The notes under the pieces are model-generated. The model ran no database searches. It saw only the letters and a list, made by a program, of their open reading frames with translations, and was not told the DNA's origin. The translations under genes and the position numbers were made by a program. From positions 699,232-763,231 of the forward strand of contig NW_008246072.1 in NCBI RefSeq assembly GCF_000281045.1: a stretch of DNA of 64,000 bases, written 5' to 3'. Of this stretch, positions 46,788-59,795 are shown one piece after another (the stretch's first letter is position 1; the number at the start of each line of letters is the position of its first letter). This stretch comes from Saprolegnia diclina VS20 (taxonomy: Eukaryota).

Positions 46788-49700
46788 ATGGAGGACAAGA
46801 CGCGTCTTCCGACTCTGCCGCCGCGACGGCTCACGACGACGCCGTCCGATCGCCGGCTGAGCGACGCGACACCGCTGACAGAGTCCTTGGCACTGCCAGT
46901 GACCACCGTTCGACTCGACCAGAGCAACCCGCTCAAACGGCGTAGCTTCCTCGACCACCGCGTCGAGTTGGCGTCGCAGCGCAAGTCCAAAGTCTCCACC
47001 GAGAACGGCAGTCGGTCGCGTCGGCTCATCGAGTCGTCCAAGGTCACGCCGAGCTACCTCGGCGGCGCGGGCCAGCCCGGCTACTCGGGGACCATGCACC
47101 GCTACTCGCTTCGGTTCGCCAACCTCCATTTAGAAGACATCTTTTGCCGTCATTACCGACACTATGTGCTCGGGAAGGTGCGCAGCGCTTGCATCTTTTC
47201 GATCGTATTGCACCTTCTCATGGGCGTCGTCGAGTTCAGCTTTGGGTACACGACCAACCACGCGGCCCAAACCGGGCTCCTTCTCATCCGCGCCGCCGCC
47301 ATCGCTCTCACGTTCGTGTTTCGCCACTTGACGTTCCGGCCGTGGTTTAGCCTCCGCTTCGATACCGCGATGGTCACATATTATCTCGTCCTCGGCCTTC
47401 TCCTGCTTGGCACGAGCGTCGTTGTGCAAGTCGCGTCCAACGGCAGCGACGACACGTCGCTCTACTTTTTCTACGCGGGTCGGTGGTCCCAAGCCTCGTC
47501 GCTCCTCTTCATCGCGATGCTCTTTCACTCGACCGGGCTCATGTTTCGAGCCGCTTGCCTCTGTGCGTGGCTACACACGCTGCTCATGCTCATAGTACCC
47601 TTCACCATCTACTCTTCCAACGCAGCGATCTGGGACCCGCAGGTACTATGTTCTGTGTATCGTCATTTCGTCATTGTCTATGTTGCTAGATCGCATTTGG
47701 CCCAGTCTTGACGGCCTTTTGTATGGTCTCCACGTACCACAACGAACGTCATGTTCGGCTCGAATTTGTCTTGCGCTACAACGTCGCCGACGACCGCAAG
47801 CGGCGCGACGACCTCCTCGAGACCATGCTCCCCGCGCACATTAAGGAGAATCTCAAGGCGAATCGCACCGACGGTCTCGCCGAGCAGTACGACGAGGTGC
47901 GCCGCTCGTCGCCTCTGCTTCTTATCGTATGTATGGGATTAGGTGTCGATCCTCTTTTGCTACGTGAGTGACTTTGGCCGGCTGTCCAAAACGACGCCGG
48001 CGATCGAGCTTGTGAAGCTTATGAACCGCATCTTCTTTTGCTTTGACAAAGCCACGGACGCTCGGGGCGTCTACAAGGTCGAAGCTATCGCGGAAACGTA
48101 CATGTGCGCGGCGGGCGTGCCCGTGAAGGACCCGTTTCATCACGAGCGCATCGCGGACATGGCGCTCATGATGATGTACATCCAGCAGCAAGAGCGCTGG
48201 ACGTGCCAAGGCGAGGAGATCCACCTCAAGATCGGGATTCACAGCGGCCCGGTGGTCGCCGGCGTCATTGGCAGCAAAACGTACAGCTACCACCTCTTTG
48301 GCGACACAGTCAACACGTCGTCGCGCGTCTGCTCGTCGTGTCTACCAGGCAAAATCCAAATCAGCGCCCAAACGTACGAGCTTCTCATGCGGTCCGGTGG
48401 CTACGACATTACGCCCCGCGGCAAAGTCGCGCTCAAGGGCAAAGGCGAGCTCATGCTGTACTGGCTCAACCGCAAGGTCGCGCGGCCATGTCACGGCATG
48501 GCGGGGCTCTCCGATGCGTTCGATGTGGCCGAGGACAGGGCTATCACCACACAGCTGCATCGCATGTCGTCCGTGAACGCGACCAAACTGGCTCCGACGA
48601 CGACCGCGGTCGCCACCGACGCCCTCCAAATGCACCGAATGACGCTGGCGTTCCAGCTCAAGCCCGGTGTCGAGATTCCCAAGCGACTCGGTGGCGCGTA
48701 CGCCTCAAACATGGAGAGCTCATTCATGGTCAAGTACAACATCAACAACATGGGCCAATTCCGAGCCGCGCTACGGGTCGGTGTCGTCGTCCTCGCCTTG
48801 ACCACTGTGTTTGAGGTGCGAATTCTTGTGTTCCAACTGTCCCCAGCATTTGATTAGATGCTGACACTGGCGAAAAACCTCGAGCTCTCTGAGAGTGTAC
48901 GCTCGTCCGTGCTCGCGCTCAACGTCACGGCTGTCCTCGTGCTCGTGCTCGTCTTGGCGTATAGCTACACCACGTTCTTTCTCCTCCACATGCAGCAAGT
49001 CGCGGGGGGCGCGGTCGTCGTCGTTATTTCGCTTCTCAACTTGAACCTGCTCTTGCAGCCAACGCGCAATTTCCTCACCGCCAACGTCATCTACATTGTG
49101 TCTGGGAGTCTCCTCCTCCGCTTTCGCTTTACGATTGCGATGCTGGTCAATATCTTCAAGTACGTATTTCTACGACTGCTGTCGACTCATGCAATATGCA
49201 CAGTATTGTCGTGTATCTCGTGCTCGTCGCGGTCATTGGCGCCGGCGTTGCCAACATTGTCGGCTACCTCGTCGTTACGGGCTTTTCGTTCAGCATTGGC
49301 CAAGTCGCTTGCTACAAGCGCGAGATTGGCCTGCGCATGGACTTTTTACTCAAACACACGCTCAACGCCGAGAAGCGCAAATGCGAAGTATGTACAACAT
49401 TGTCATTCGACTATATGCATGACAATATATGCATACATATAGGAACTGCTTGCAAACATGCTCCCGAGCCAGCAGTACGCCGAGGCGCTTTTACTCCAAG
49501 GCACCATTGTCGACGAGCTCGAAGAAGTCACGCTCCTCTACTCGGACATGGTGGGCTTCACCGCGCTCAGTGCCACCCTCAAGCCCGTCGAGTCGTGTCT
49601 CTTTCTCAACAAAGTCTACTCGGCCTTTGACAAGCACCTCGATGCGTTTGGCGTGTACAAGATGGACACGGTCGGTGATGCTTTTATTGTCATTGGCGGT

Positions 49701-50417
49701 ACATTTCCCTAATTTTTACGAGGTATTGCATTTCTTTGGTCATTTAGGACTGCCCAACTACAAGAGCGAAAAGTCCCATGCGATCGCCATTACCGCATTT
49801 GCGATCGAAATGCTCCGCGAAATGGAGGCCTTTCGGAAATCCGAGAACGTCAACTTGCAGATGCGCATTGGCATTCACAGCGGCAAGGTCGTGGGCGGCG
49901 TCGTCGGTATCAAGAAGCCGCGCTATCTCATTTGGGGCAGCCAGACCGTCGTCGCCAACGCCATGGAGTCTAAGAGCTTGCCCGGGCACATTCAGATCTC
50001 AGCGGCCACGCACGCCAAACTCGCATCTTGCGACGAATTCAAGTTTATTCCGCGCGGCGCCGTGGCCATTGACGACTCGCAGTCGATCGAAACGTATTTT
50101 TTGGACGTACGCAACGTATTTTGTCGGAATCGATCGCTCAAGTGTGATGTTAGATGGCCAAAGCGCCGGCCAAAACAACGATTCTCAACAAGTATTTCAA
50201 CGCACTGGGCGCACGGCGCGTGACGACGCGCCGAACAACGAGCGAACGCCAGCTCACCGACACGCTTCAGAAAGCAAAGGAGTCGAACCCGTTCTTTCAC
50301 CAACTGGATCAGCCGGTCGAGGGCATCCGCATGGCCGACGCAATCACCGCCATGCTCAACCGATCGCGCACGAGCTCTGCGATCAGCGCTGCAAGCACAC
50401 CCAAGCTGGCGATTTAG
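46788..50417 (+). CDS. Membrane class III nucleotide cyclase (TM block-cyclase-TM block-cyclase), probably guanylyl cyclase; multi-exon
   Basis: LLETMLPAHI, KIGIHSGPVVAGVIG...LFGDTVNTSSR, LKGKG; second domain LYSDMVGFT, DTVGDAF, MRIGIHSG; two multi-TM blocks. Confidence 0.92.
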
Positions 50418-50481
50418 CTCACAATATTTAGTTATGAAACAGTGGTTAAGATATTCTGTTTCGACAGTGAAACGTTCAGGA

Positions 50482-51879
50482 ATGGATCCGCTGCGGTCGC
50501 TTGAGAGCCACTTGGCGGCCATCGACCTCCTCGAGGCCCAAGACGGCGCGGCCGACGTCGTTGCGATTCCTTCGTACGGTATGCGCCGTAGCATCTCGCT
50601 GCTCATCCCCGACAGGCCGCTCAAGTCTCTTGGGCTACAAGCCGCGCGCTTCTGGGACGAGACGTCTGGCAGCAAGGAAGATGCTCTCTTGTGGCCGTCA
50701 ACGCCGATCGTGACGCGGGACGACCGCACTGACAGCCTTGTTGGCGCGCAGGTACGCGACTCGATGGCTCTTGGATGCACGGAGACAGCGTAGGTGCAGC
50801 CACTGCAAGCCATGGCGAGTGACTCGGACGAAGCCAAGGCGTTCAGTGGGCTTCTCACCTCGACGTCGGCGACATTGGGCGCCGAGTCTGCCGTACGAAA
50901 TCGCATTCGAAGTCATGACTTTTCACTGCCATGGGCTATGCTAGCGCCTCTTTGCTCGACTGCAGCAACGACTCTTGGAGCAGCACGCCGCCGAGGTCGT
51001 GCGGCTCAACGCGACGCACCGCCACGAGCTCGATGCGCAGAGAGTACCGATTCGCTGGTATCTGTATCTTGGTGGCGACAGCGTTTCTAGCGATCGGTAC
51101 ACGCCGTCTCGTCCAAGCAGCAGCGCCTGCAGACCATCGCCGCGCGGCAAGAGGCCATTCTCTTGCGCGTCGCGGACGCACTGCAACGACGCACTCTCGA
51201 CACGGTACGTCAATATGGGCGCTGGAAACGGTGCGATAGTAACGAGGTAGCGTCGGCGGTGGTCGAGCGCATACTCGGCCGGTCGGTGTCTCCATGCATG
51301 GACGCAGTACATGCTGGCGCGTCGGCAAAAGCGCCAGCACCTGCGCCGCGCCCTATCGCTTTACATTTCGGTGGGTCCCGCCGATGCTGCGCTACTGACG
51401 TTGCTGGGTAGCGACTGCCCCGCCGTCCGTTCCAGCACTGGCGCTCGTACATCCGCGCCCAGGCACAAAGCCGGTCAGCTCAAACGCAAAGCAGTGCGCA
51501 CGCACAAGAAATCTACGCGCTGCAAGATGCCCACACAGCCGAGCTTCACGAGGTTTTGACCACCAAATCCTAGAGTACACGTACACACATTGATGTAGCT
51601 GCGCGACCAGCTGCACCGGGCGCAGATTGACATGGATGCATATGCGCTCGAGAAGACCCGCCTCGTACAGTTCATTCCATACAACTTGGGTCCGGAAGCA
51701 GGCTGATGTAGGAGGAAGACGTGCGGCGAGTCTTCTTGAGGGGCGTCTCGGCCATGAATTTGGAAGCGCTGAGTTTGTTTCGGTCGCGGCCACGCGATGA
51801 GATGGCGCTCGATGCCGACGACAGCGAGCCCCGCCCGTCGCACGCGATACCAACGCCGCTGTACAGCACTCGCTCGTAG
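50482..51879 (+). CDS. POC5: Centriolar protein POC5-like (centrin-binding), about 8 short exons
   Basis: Spliced last exon (from ~51712) EEDVRRVFLRGVSAMNLEALSLF matches the POC5 box (KKAFMRGVCALNLEA, recalled); Sfi1-like CLHAWTQY and PFQHWRSY segments; coiled coil. Confidence 0.8.
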
Positions 51880-51976
51880 CGCCCTTCTGCCATGGAGAAG
51901 GTTGCTGCACGAACAAGGGTTCACTGCTTGCATACACGTCCACCCACTCAAACAATACTTATGTACGTTGGCACGG

Positions 51977-54091
51977 TTATCCCTCGTCGTCGTCGTCGTC
52001 CAAACGCGGGGCTTCGGGCGCGCCGTCGGTGACTTTGCGGCGCGCATTCATTGTCAGCACGTCGTGGAAGGCTTCCTTCTTGATGCCTGGCCACGGCGAC
52101 GCCAGTAGGAGCGTGAAGCGGCAGCCACAAGCAACTACGTGGCTCATTGCACATCGGCCGAGGAGATGGATGCGGGCGTACTCGAGGCCACGGGGCCGTA
52201 GCCCCATGTCTTGACGGCGGCGATGACGTCGGGGTCGGGTGCAATCTCGTTGGGTGTCGGGCGACCGAGGCACCCGGATGTATTTCGGCCCCATGTAAAG
52301 ACCGAGCCGTCGGCACCGAGCGCGACCGAGTGGTACGCCGAGACATGGACATCGACGCACTTGACCTTTCGACGCTGCAGCTCTGGCACACGAGCTACGC
52401 AGCAGATCAAGCAGGATCCACGGACTCGAACGATGTACTGGGGAGCAAAGCTTGTTTCTGTTTGCCGAGACCGAGCTGACCGTGCAGACCTGTCCCGAAC
52501 GCGTAGACCCACCCGCCGGCGTGTCGCAGTGAGGTGGAGGACGCTGCTTTCGTGCGCGGAGCTGCAATGCAGAGCGTGTGCCAGTTCCCGCAGGTGACGC
52601 GCAAGACAAAGTCGGCTTCGAGCGATGTCACGAGCGTCGGTGCAATGACGTCACCGGTCGTCTGGAGACCGAGACGGCCGCCGTCGCCGCAACCAAACGT
52701 ATATAGATGGCCGGCCGTCGTGACGACCCCCGTGTGGACGGCGCCGCATGCCACGGACGACACTTTGACCGGCACCGGAAAGGACACGAGCGTCGGTGAC
52801 GGAAAACACACTTGGAGGTGCTGGTCCTTGATGCCTTCCCGCTTGGTACTGCCGACGCCCAGCTGGCCTCTACGATAGACATTGATACGATCGAAATATC
52901 AATTGCATTCTTGCACCCCCAGGCGGCGCCAAAGGCGTACACGTGGCCGCCGTTCGTGCTGACGACCGTGTGGCAGTGACCGACACCGACACTCGTGACC
53001 ACCATGTTGCGCAAGTTTTCGAGCAACTGCGGCCCCGGCGCCTATGGTACACAGTAGAACCAACTATAAGACCTGGGTGTGCACCTCGGGCGCGCGCACG
53101 TGGCCAAGGCCGAGTTCGCCAAAATCGTTTTTGCCCCATCCAAAGCACTGCCCGGACGAGTTGAGCGCAACGACGTGGCCCGATGCGCGCGAGCAGGAGA
53201 TGCTCACCACCTCCTCAACGCGAAGGCTCCGGACGACCCGGGGGAGAAGAAAGGTATCGCTTTGTGAGCCGTGGTCGCCTTCTTGGTTGACGTCGTGCAC
53301 CTCGAGCGGCAGGTGCCCAATCGGCGCGACGCCATTGCCACCCCAGCCGTACACTTCCCCGTCGGCCGAGAGCGCGTAGGCAAAGTCCGCATCAAATCCC
53401 TACGCGCCAATATTGTCCTTGGCAACAGGAAAAAATACGACTAAGTTACCGTAAACACTTGGACGATTTGCCGCCCTTTGAACGCCATGATTTCGGTCGG
53501 ACTCGCCATGGCGTCCCGATGCCCAAGGCCGAGCTGGCCTGCAAAGTTGTTGCCACAGCCAAACACGCCGCCCGACACTACCCGTCGCTCATATTTGCGC
53601 TGTTGCAATCATCACGTGCTTACCTTCGAGACGCTCGCGCTTCCGGGCTTCCTTCTCGAGCTGCTTTCGCCGGGCTTCGATCGCAGCCGCGTTGACCCAA
53701 TCTTGAAGCCGAGCGACAAGTGCGACCTTCTTTCCGTCCAAGTCGACGCCGAGGAGGTCCGCGGCCGCGCGGAGCTGGCGCGTAGAGAGCTTGGTAAAGT
53801 CGACGGTGACCCAGAACTCGCGCGTCTTGGGGTACGACGCGATCGGGACGCCCTGCGTATTTGTCGTTCGTCCACTTGTGTCGTGCTTAGAGTTACCTTG
53901 TACGTGGCAGGTGGCAGCCGGACCCAGGACGACGACGACGCCCGCGGTGACGCCGCCACCTGCTGGTACGGGTCGTGCGATCGCTTGTGCTCGCCTTCCA
54001 TGCGCATTTGCGACCGCAATTGGTCTTGCTGCATGTCGAGCACCTTCTTGGCGCGCTGGAGGCGAATGCGCTCGAGCGGGTTCTGCAGCAT
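51977..54091 (-). CDS. RCC1-repeat protein with N-terminal SAP-like motif, multi-exon
   Basis: VACGAVHT...GHLYTFGCGDGGRLG, WGKNDFGELGLGH, HSVALGADGSVFTWGRN; LSTRQLRAAADLLGVDLDGKKVALVARL. Confidence 0.88.
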
Positions 54092-54332
54092 CAGTCGCCG
54101 ATCCGAACGTTTCACGCACGTTTGAATCGTAGACGTTCAATGTGTGTGTGCTCCAAGCGCTTGCACCAAAAGCGACTTGTTTTGGCCACGAACGATAAGC
54201 TCTTATTGGCGTTGCGGACGACACAAGCTGCCACGTCAACGGCAAACTCGCAGTGCAAAGTTACTTGCCGAGGCCACCAGCTGACGGGGAAGAACACATG
54301 TACGCACTCATGCGGATGATCTGCTGCATTTG

Positions 54333-54536
54333 ATGTCAACTGCCAAGCGGGAGGAGCTCGCGCTCGGCCAGCGCAAGCTCGAGCTCGAGCAGCAGCGGTT
54401 CCTTCTCGACAAGGCGGAGCGTGAAGCCCGCTTCCATTTGGAACGAACGGAGCGCGAGACGCAGCTCGAGTGTATGCGCTGCACGATCGAGTTTATGCAC
54501 ACCAAATTTATGTCCAGGAGCACGAGTCGTCGATAG
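54333..54536 (+). pseudogene. Short coiled-coil ORF, probable gene fragment
   Basis: KREELAL..RKLELEQQRFLLDKAEREARF charged coiled coil with coding-like codon usage; isolated in a divergent promoter region. Confidence 0.3.
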
Positions 54537-54650
54537 TCCAGTCAAGCTTGAGGAGGTCGCTAGTCGTAGTAAGGTGGAAAACATGTCCTAAGTTTGCGCT
54601 CATCGGGAATTGCAGTGTTTAAATTCGGGTCTTGACGGATTGGAATTTCG

Positions 54651-54686
54651 AGCCAATCAAATCGCGTCGTTCCAACGAGCCAATCA
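54651..54686 (+). promoter_or_regulatory. Tandem CCAAT boxes upstream of SAP30BP
   Basis: AGCCAATCA at 54651 and 54678, plus GATTGG at ~54638, 25-70 nt before the ATG. Confidence 0.55.
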
Positions 54687-54710
54687 CACGAGGCTCACGG
54701 CAACGGAGGA

Positions 54711-55235
54711 ATGGCGCTGTGGAACCCACTGGGCCTCGCCGGCTATGGCTCCGACTCGGACGAGAGCGACGCGGGCGGGATGAGCCCACCTGCGGCGCCG
54801 TATCACACCTCGCCCAACCCTGCGCCGGCGCCGACCGAGAAGCCGGCGCAGGCAGAAGCGCGGGCGCACGAACGACATGGCGATGGCCTGCCCGAGCTGC
54901 CGCCGCTGCCAACGGGCGCATGCAGGCCGGCGACGCAAGCCAAGGTCGACCAGTACATTGCGCACACACAGCGTGGTCTGAGCTTCACGGCGAGTCTTCG
55001 CAGCAAGAAGGAGTTTGACAACCCGTACATTCTCGAGAAGGTTGTCGACTACTTTAGCATCGAGGAGATGCAGAGCAACATGGACAAGGCCAAGTTCAAT
55101 CCGTACGGATACCACGTGGGCGACAACTACAACCGCCTCGCGCTCGCGCTGCGCTCAGAGCAGGAGGCGTTTGCGCAGCAGTGCGAACTCAATCCGACTC
55201 TGCGCTTCACCGCGCCATCGTCGTTTGCAAACTAG
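54711..55235 (+). CDS. SAP30BP: SAP30-binding protein / HCNGP-like
   Basis: LAGYGSDSDE; SF...LRSKKEFDNPYILEKVVDYFSIEE.QSN..K.F.P. Confidence 0.85.
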   Translation: MALWNPLGLAGYGSDSDESDAGGMSPPAAPYHTSPNPAPAPTEKPAQAEARAHERHGDGLPELPPLPTGACRPATQAKVDQYIAHTQRGLSFTASLRSKKEFDNPYILEKVVDYFSIEEMQSNMDKAKFNPYGYHVGDNYNRLALALRSEQEAFAQQCELNPTLRFTAPSSFAN

Positions 55236-55475
55236 ATAGTATAAACTCCAAAAACAGCCAACTCTCATATCTCCTTACTGCATTTGTTTGTGTCGTAGCT
55301 TTGGGCAGTGTACACACTGCAGCGAGGGTCGAGCCATCGTCCACGAATTGCCGGCATCTAGACCGCACTACATGGACAAAGCTAGCGCTAAATGGAGTCA
55401 TACCAGCGATACACGCTTGCACTGATTGGCCGGTCATGGCTTCACCACTGCCCAGATACAACAAGAACCAGTGTC

Positions 55476-57363
55476 TTAATGCTGCGCATTCTTCTCGGCC
55501 AGCATTAAGGGGTACGCCTGGCCCTTGCCGACGCCTTTGCAAAACCCACGGGCGATCGCGGCGTCCAGCGCGGCGACCTTGGGCGTTGTGTCACGAATCA
55601 CGTCCTTCCATTGCGCGACGCTGGCTGTCGCGGCGCTCACGAGGCCGCGCAGATGCTCGGTGGTACCGTCAAACTGCCGCTTGGCGTTGCCCCACAGCGT
55701 CGCTTGGGTCTTGAGGTGGAGATACAGCCGGTGCTGGACAACACCGAGCTCTTTTGTGGCTTTTACGCGTTTGTCTTCGGCTGTTTTGAGCGCTGCCTTG
55801 AGCGCTTTGGCCTCGGCCACACTGCGCATCAGGGTTGCGCAGTGGGCGCACGGCAGTGGCAGCGTGTGCACCTTGCAACGCGGGGCAAGCGGCGACGTAT
55901 CGATCTCGTGGAGCTCCAGCGGGTGGTCGTAGAGGCACTTGGCGCGCCGGTGAAAGGCGTGGCAGACGCCGGTGCGGGCAAAGTCGGGGCACACGGCGCG
56001 CTGGTTGTCTTGCGGGTACAACGATCGCATGTGCGACACCTAAGCCGCGTCACTCCTTGCCAATTTTACTTCAAGAATCGACCGAGGACCTTGGCGTACA
56101 TCTTGTCCAAAGTGATGTGCTTGCACGGTGGAAGGAGCGTGCACACAGTGCAGCGCCGAAGCGGAAATGTGACCTCTGGGATCGAAAGGACTCGGCTGTT
56201 TGTCTCCGCGCCTGTATTTGCCGGCAACGATTTGCGAACGTTCTCGGTGCTGAGGTAGTGGTGCGTCAGAAACAGCTTCTGGAGCAGCTGCACGGTTGGG
56301 ACACATTTGGCTTTTCTTCGTGCGACGAGCGACTCGATCGCCGACCGCTCATAGCCAATCTACGGTCGCCAGGGACCCTTAATGTTCTTGTTGGACTATC
56401 GCATTTGGATACGCGTTCAGAAGTGCAGATGCGCAGAACCTTCTCGAGCACGTGCGCGGGTGTGAGCGGCACCAACGGAATGCACTTGCTCGACGACTAG
56501 GCATCGATAAGACTCGGAAAGCGACGATACCCGAAGGACGGCGTACGCGGATCTGCTCGGTGACGCGGCTCGCATCGGGCGTCACGGTCAAGATGAAGTA
56601 AATGGACTTGGTGTTGATCGTGTCCCATATCGGGCCGAGCGTGTGCTGCTGCACGCGGGGGTTGAGCCTACGCAGGTGCTTTGACGATGGCGCACGAGAC
56701 TGTGTCCGGCTACCGATCAAAGTTCTCGATCGCAATGTAGAGGTACTTGTCGACCAGCACCGTGTGCTTTTCGTGGTACCGCGTGAACGCCTGGACCTTG
56801 ACAAGCAAATCGCGCTCACTACCGTACACATGTCAGATCGTACTTGGCATCCGCTGCCAACTCAATCTGGTCGGCTTCCAGCGACAAGGTGCATCGCTTG
56901 CGCTCGGCCACCGCGGGGTACAAGTGCGCCAGAAGCAGTTGCATGTACGACGTCTTGCCGACGCCGGGCGGCCCCTACCACGCTGCGTGAGAGACCGTTG
57001 ACGCCCGAGGCGCTACGAGGATGAGGATGTTTTGGCCGCGCTCCTTGGGCGACACGGGCTGGCTCAAAAGTGTGAGCTGCTCGACGGCGCTCTCGTTGTT
57101 GAGAAAATCACTCGCCTACAAGCTCCCTAAGTCGAAGGCGGCGGCGACGACGGCGAACGGTCTGTGGTCGCATCGTGATGCCCCTGCATGCCACATGAGG
57201 TATGCAAGGCGAGAGAAGGTACGCACCAGTCGGCCGCCTTGTCGCTCTCGTTGGGGCTGCGTGGCTTGGCCGGACAGGGATAGGCCAAGAAGAGCTTGTC
57301 CGTCGCATTGAGGAAGCCATAGCGTTCGCGCCAGTCGCCCGTCTTGTCCGCGTGCCCCTTCAT
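55476..57363 (-). CDS. Multi-exon CCCH zinc-finger / coiled-coil hypothetical protein
   Basis: CPDFARTGVCHAF...CLYDH; repeated RCxVxTLxxPCxH; start MKGHADKTGDWRERY; exon boundaries approximate. Confidence 0.7.
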
Positions 57364-57783
57364 GATCCAATGTGCCAGCTGGTGTTGTAAAAAACGCGTC
57401 TGTTGGCGTTAAACGCAATAAAACGTAGGTGTTTTGATTGTTGCTGCCACTTATTGCCACTCGAACTCAGAGGACGCTGGACATCCCACAGAATCAAGCG
57501 TGCGGCGACCACTACAACTCCCGTCACCGAGAGCTTGCACCCAAGCACACCACTCTGCTACATAACCAGTACTACATGTATTAGTACAGGACCAGCGACG
57601 CTGGCTTGCCCACGGCCTTGGTCCCATCGCATATCACTCCAACGTACTGTACGCTGCAACAAATGGGGCGTATTGCCATTGGCGTCGATCCATACCGTTA
57701 CTCTGGCGCCGTTGCCAACGGGCAAGGTTGGCACGTTCGAATTCGGTTTAAACGTCATTTAACGCATTTCTTGTTCGCCGAGC

Positions 57784-58407
57784 ATGGTCACGGACGACCT
57801 CGCGCCGCACAAGCGCGAAGCCATCGTGCGCAAGGTGCTCATCGGGCTCTGTGCGTGGATCGCATGCGCGGCCATGACGCCCTTCAAGGACGGACCCTCG
57901 GACAAGTTTGCGGGCGGCATGGGCTGCATGGCGCTCTTCTTCTCCATCATGGACCTGCCGTACCACGCCCGCTTCAAGCGCATCGTAAGCGGCTTCGTCG
58001 GCGGCGCGCTCGTGGCCGCCGGCGTCTGGGTCCTTGTCAGCACCGACTGCAGCGGCGACTTGTGCAGCTACGCGTACGCGGCAGTTGTCTTTCTCTTTGC
58101 GACAGCGCTCCTCGAGGCTCTGGCATGGCGCCTCGTGTGCCCCAACCTCGTCATGGCAGCGGACGACGACTTCAGTCGCAAGCGCGCCGAGGCCTTTCTC
58201 TGCTACCTCCTCTGCATCGACCGCATTCTCTTGTGTGTCTACCTCGCGGCGGCCATCCTCGTCGTCGTGGCCGTCTCGCTCAACTCGTCCGCCACGTTTG
58301 TGCTCGCCGCGTTCCTCCAGTTCCTCCAGCTCACGAGCACGTGGATCCAGCTGCGCAGCGTGCGCAAGAACCTCTCGATCGAAGCCACGTTCGTCGAGGC
58401 GCCTTGA
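57784..58407 (+). CDS. Multi-pass membrane protein (~6 TM), unknown function
   Basis: 207-aa intronless ORF with several hydrophobic segments; Inr/FPR-like TCATTTAACGCATTTC at ~57755. Confidence 0.75.
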   Translation: MVTDDLAPHKREAIVRKVLIGLCAWIACAAMTPFKDGPSDKFAGGMGCMALFFSIMDLPYHARFKRIVSGFVGGALVAAGVWVLVSTDCSGDLCSYAYAAVVFLFATALLEALAWRLVCPNLVMAADDDFSRKRAEAFLCYLLCIDRILLCVYLAAAILVVVAVSLNSSATFVLAAFLQFLQLTSTWIQLRSVRKNLSIEATFVEAP

Positions 58408-59795
58408 AACACCCGTCTTGTGGGCTTTAGTACGCTAGTCAATGTATATTCCAACTTGTTCCTACTTGCATCCGTGCAAGCCAGCCATACCACTGATGCC
58501 AATAAGATCTGGAGGCGACCCATGTGTGACGTGGCACGCTGCAAGGCGACTGCACATAATTCTCAGCAACGTGTCAATGACACCCATCGGTGTGGACGAC
58601 GCTTAATCGGAGGTTTATTAAGAACGAAGCAGGAGGATCTGGCTTGTTCGGCGTAGTGCACTAGGCAGCGAATGTCTTTTACCCGAAACAAAGAAGTGAG
58701 AGAGATCGCGAGAGGAAATATATCGGTGTGGCATTTTGAGATGTGCTTGTCAGAGGGGCAAGAAGCGCACGAGTAGGGCGTGGATGCTCGAAGGCTCAAG
58801 GTGGCGTGTCGAGATCGTTGCGGACGCGGTCGGTGCGAGTCTCTTGCATTGCAGCTTGCATCAAGAGACTCGATGCCAGCGATACCTGCATCTGGCGCTG
58901 GTTTGCCACGTGGTGCTAACGCCACTTTTTTACTCGTTCGCGCCGGAATCTGGGAATCTAGAAATCTGATTGCTCATCTTTGCTCTGCAGGGTCTTCGCC
59001 TTTTCAAGGCCTGCCAAAGCGCACACCTCCATGTCATGATCACAACTGGGACTTTGTGACTCGAATTGTGTGTCGGTAGCGCTCACCAACGTGCTGCGTG
59101 CCGGTACTACAGCCTCAAAATTTGCAGCAGCAGCAGCTCTGTGATCGTCTTATCACAGAGCATCCACAGAACCAGCTTTGGAGGAGCTCCGCGTGATCCA
59201 CAGCCGTGCGACAACTCTGCTCGCGTCCTGCGACGTGCTGTGTAAATCCGCCAGCGTTCGCCTCTAAAATCCAAAACTTTGGCGGCGAGTTCAAGCGTTG
59301 CACATGCTTTTGAAGCACGCTCGTGTCGCCACGATAGCTACGTTCAGCGTCCTCGCTGCGCCTTCTATGGGATTCATCCGGCACCTACAACTACAAACCG
59401 GGAGGGGGTGGGAGGATGCACCGGGTTTGAGGTACCGCCTCGAGGGTGCTGCCGTGTACACTGCCATTTTGGATCGTCGACAAGGAATCGTGCAAGAAAC
59501 AAAGTCGAGAATTCAGGAAAAACCACCTTTCACCAGCTGGGTTGAGTTTGCACTTGGGCGGTTTTGGCAAGATTCTGGCGCCAACGCCACCTGGGAAGTC
59601 CGCATTCTGCCGATTGGCCATCTGAAAATCAAATGATCCAATCATATCGCGTGCAGCCCGATACACGACAGGCCATTGGTGCATTCGAATCGGGTAAAAG
59701 TCGGTTTGACACACACCCCGACCCAACGTCGCATGTCCACGCCAGCGCCGACGGTCAACCACTTCTTATTTACATCTTCTCGCCACTCTATTACA

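Noticed and set aside
58450..59600. Short ORFs between the membrane protein and the kinase
   Set aside because: No supportable product.
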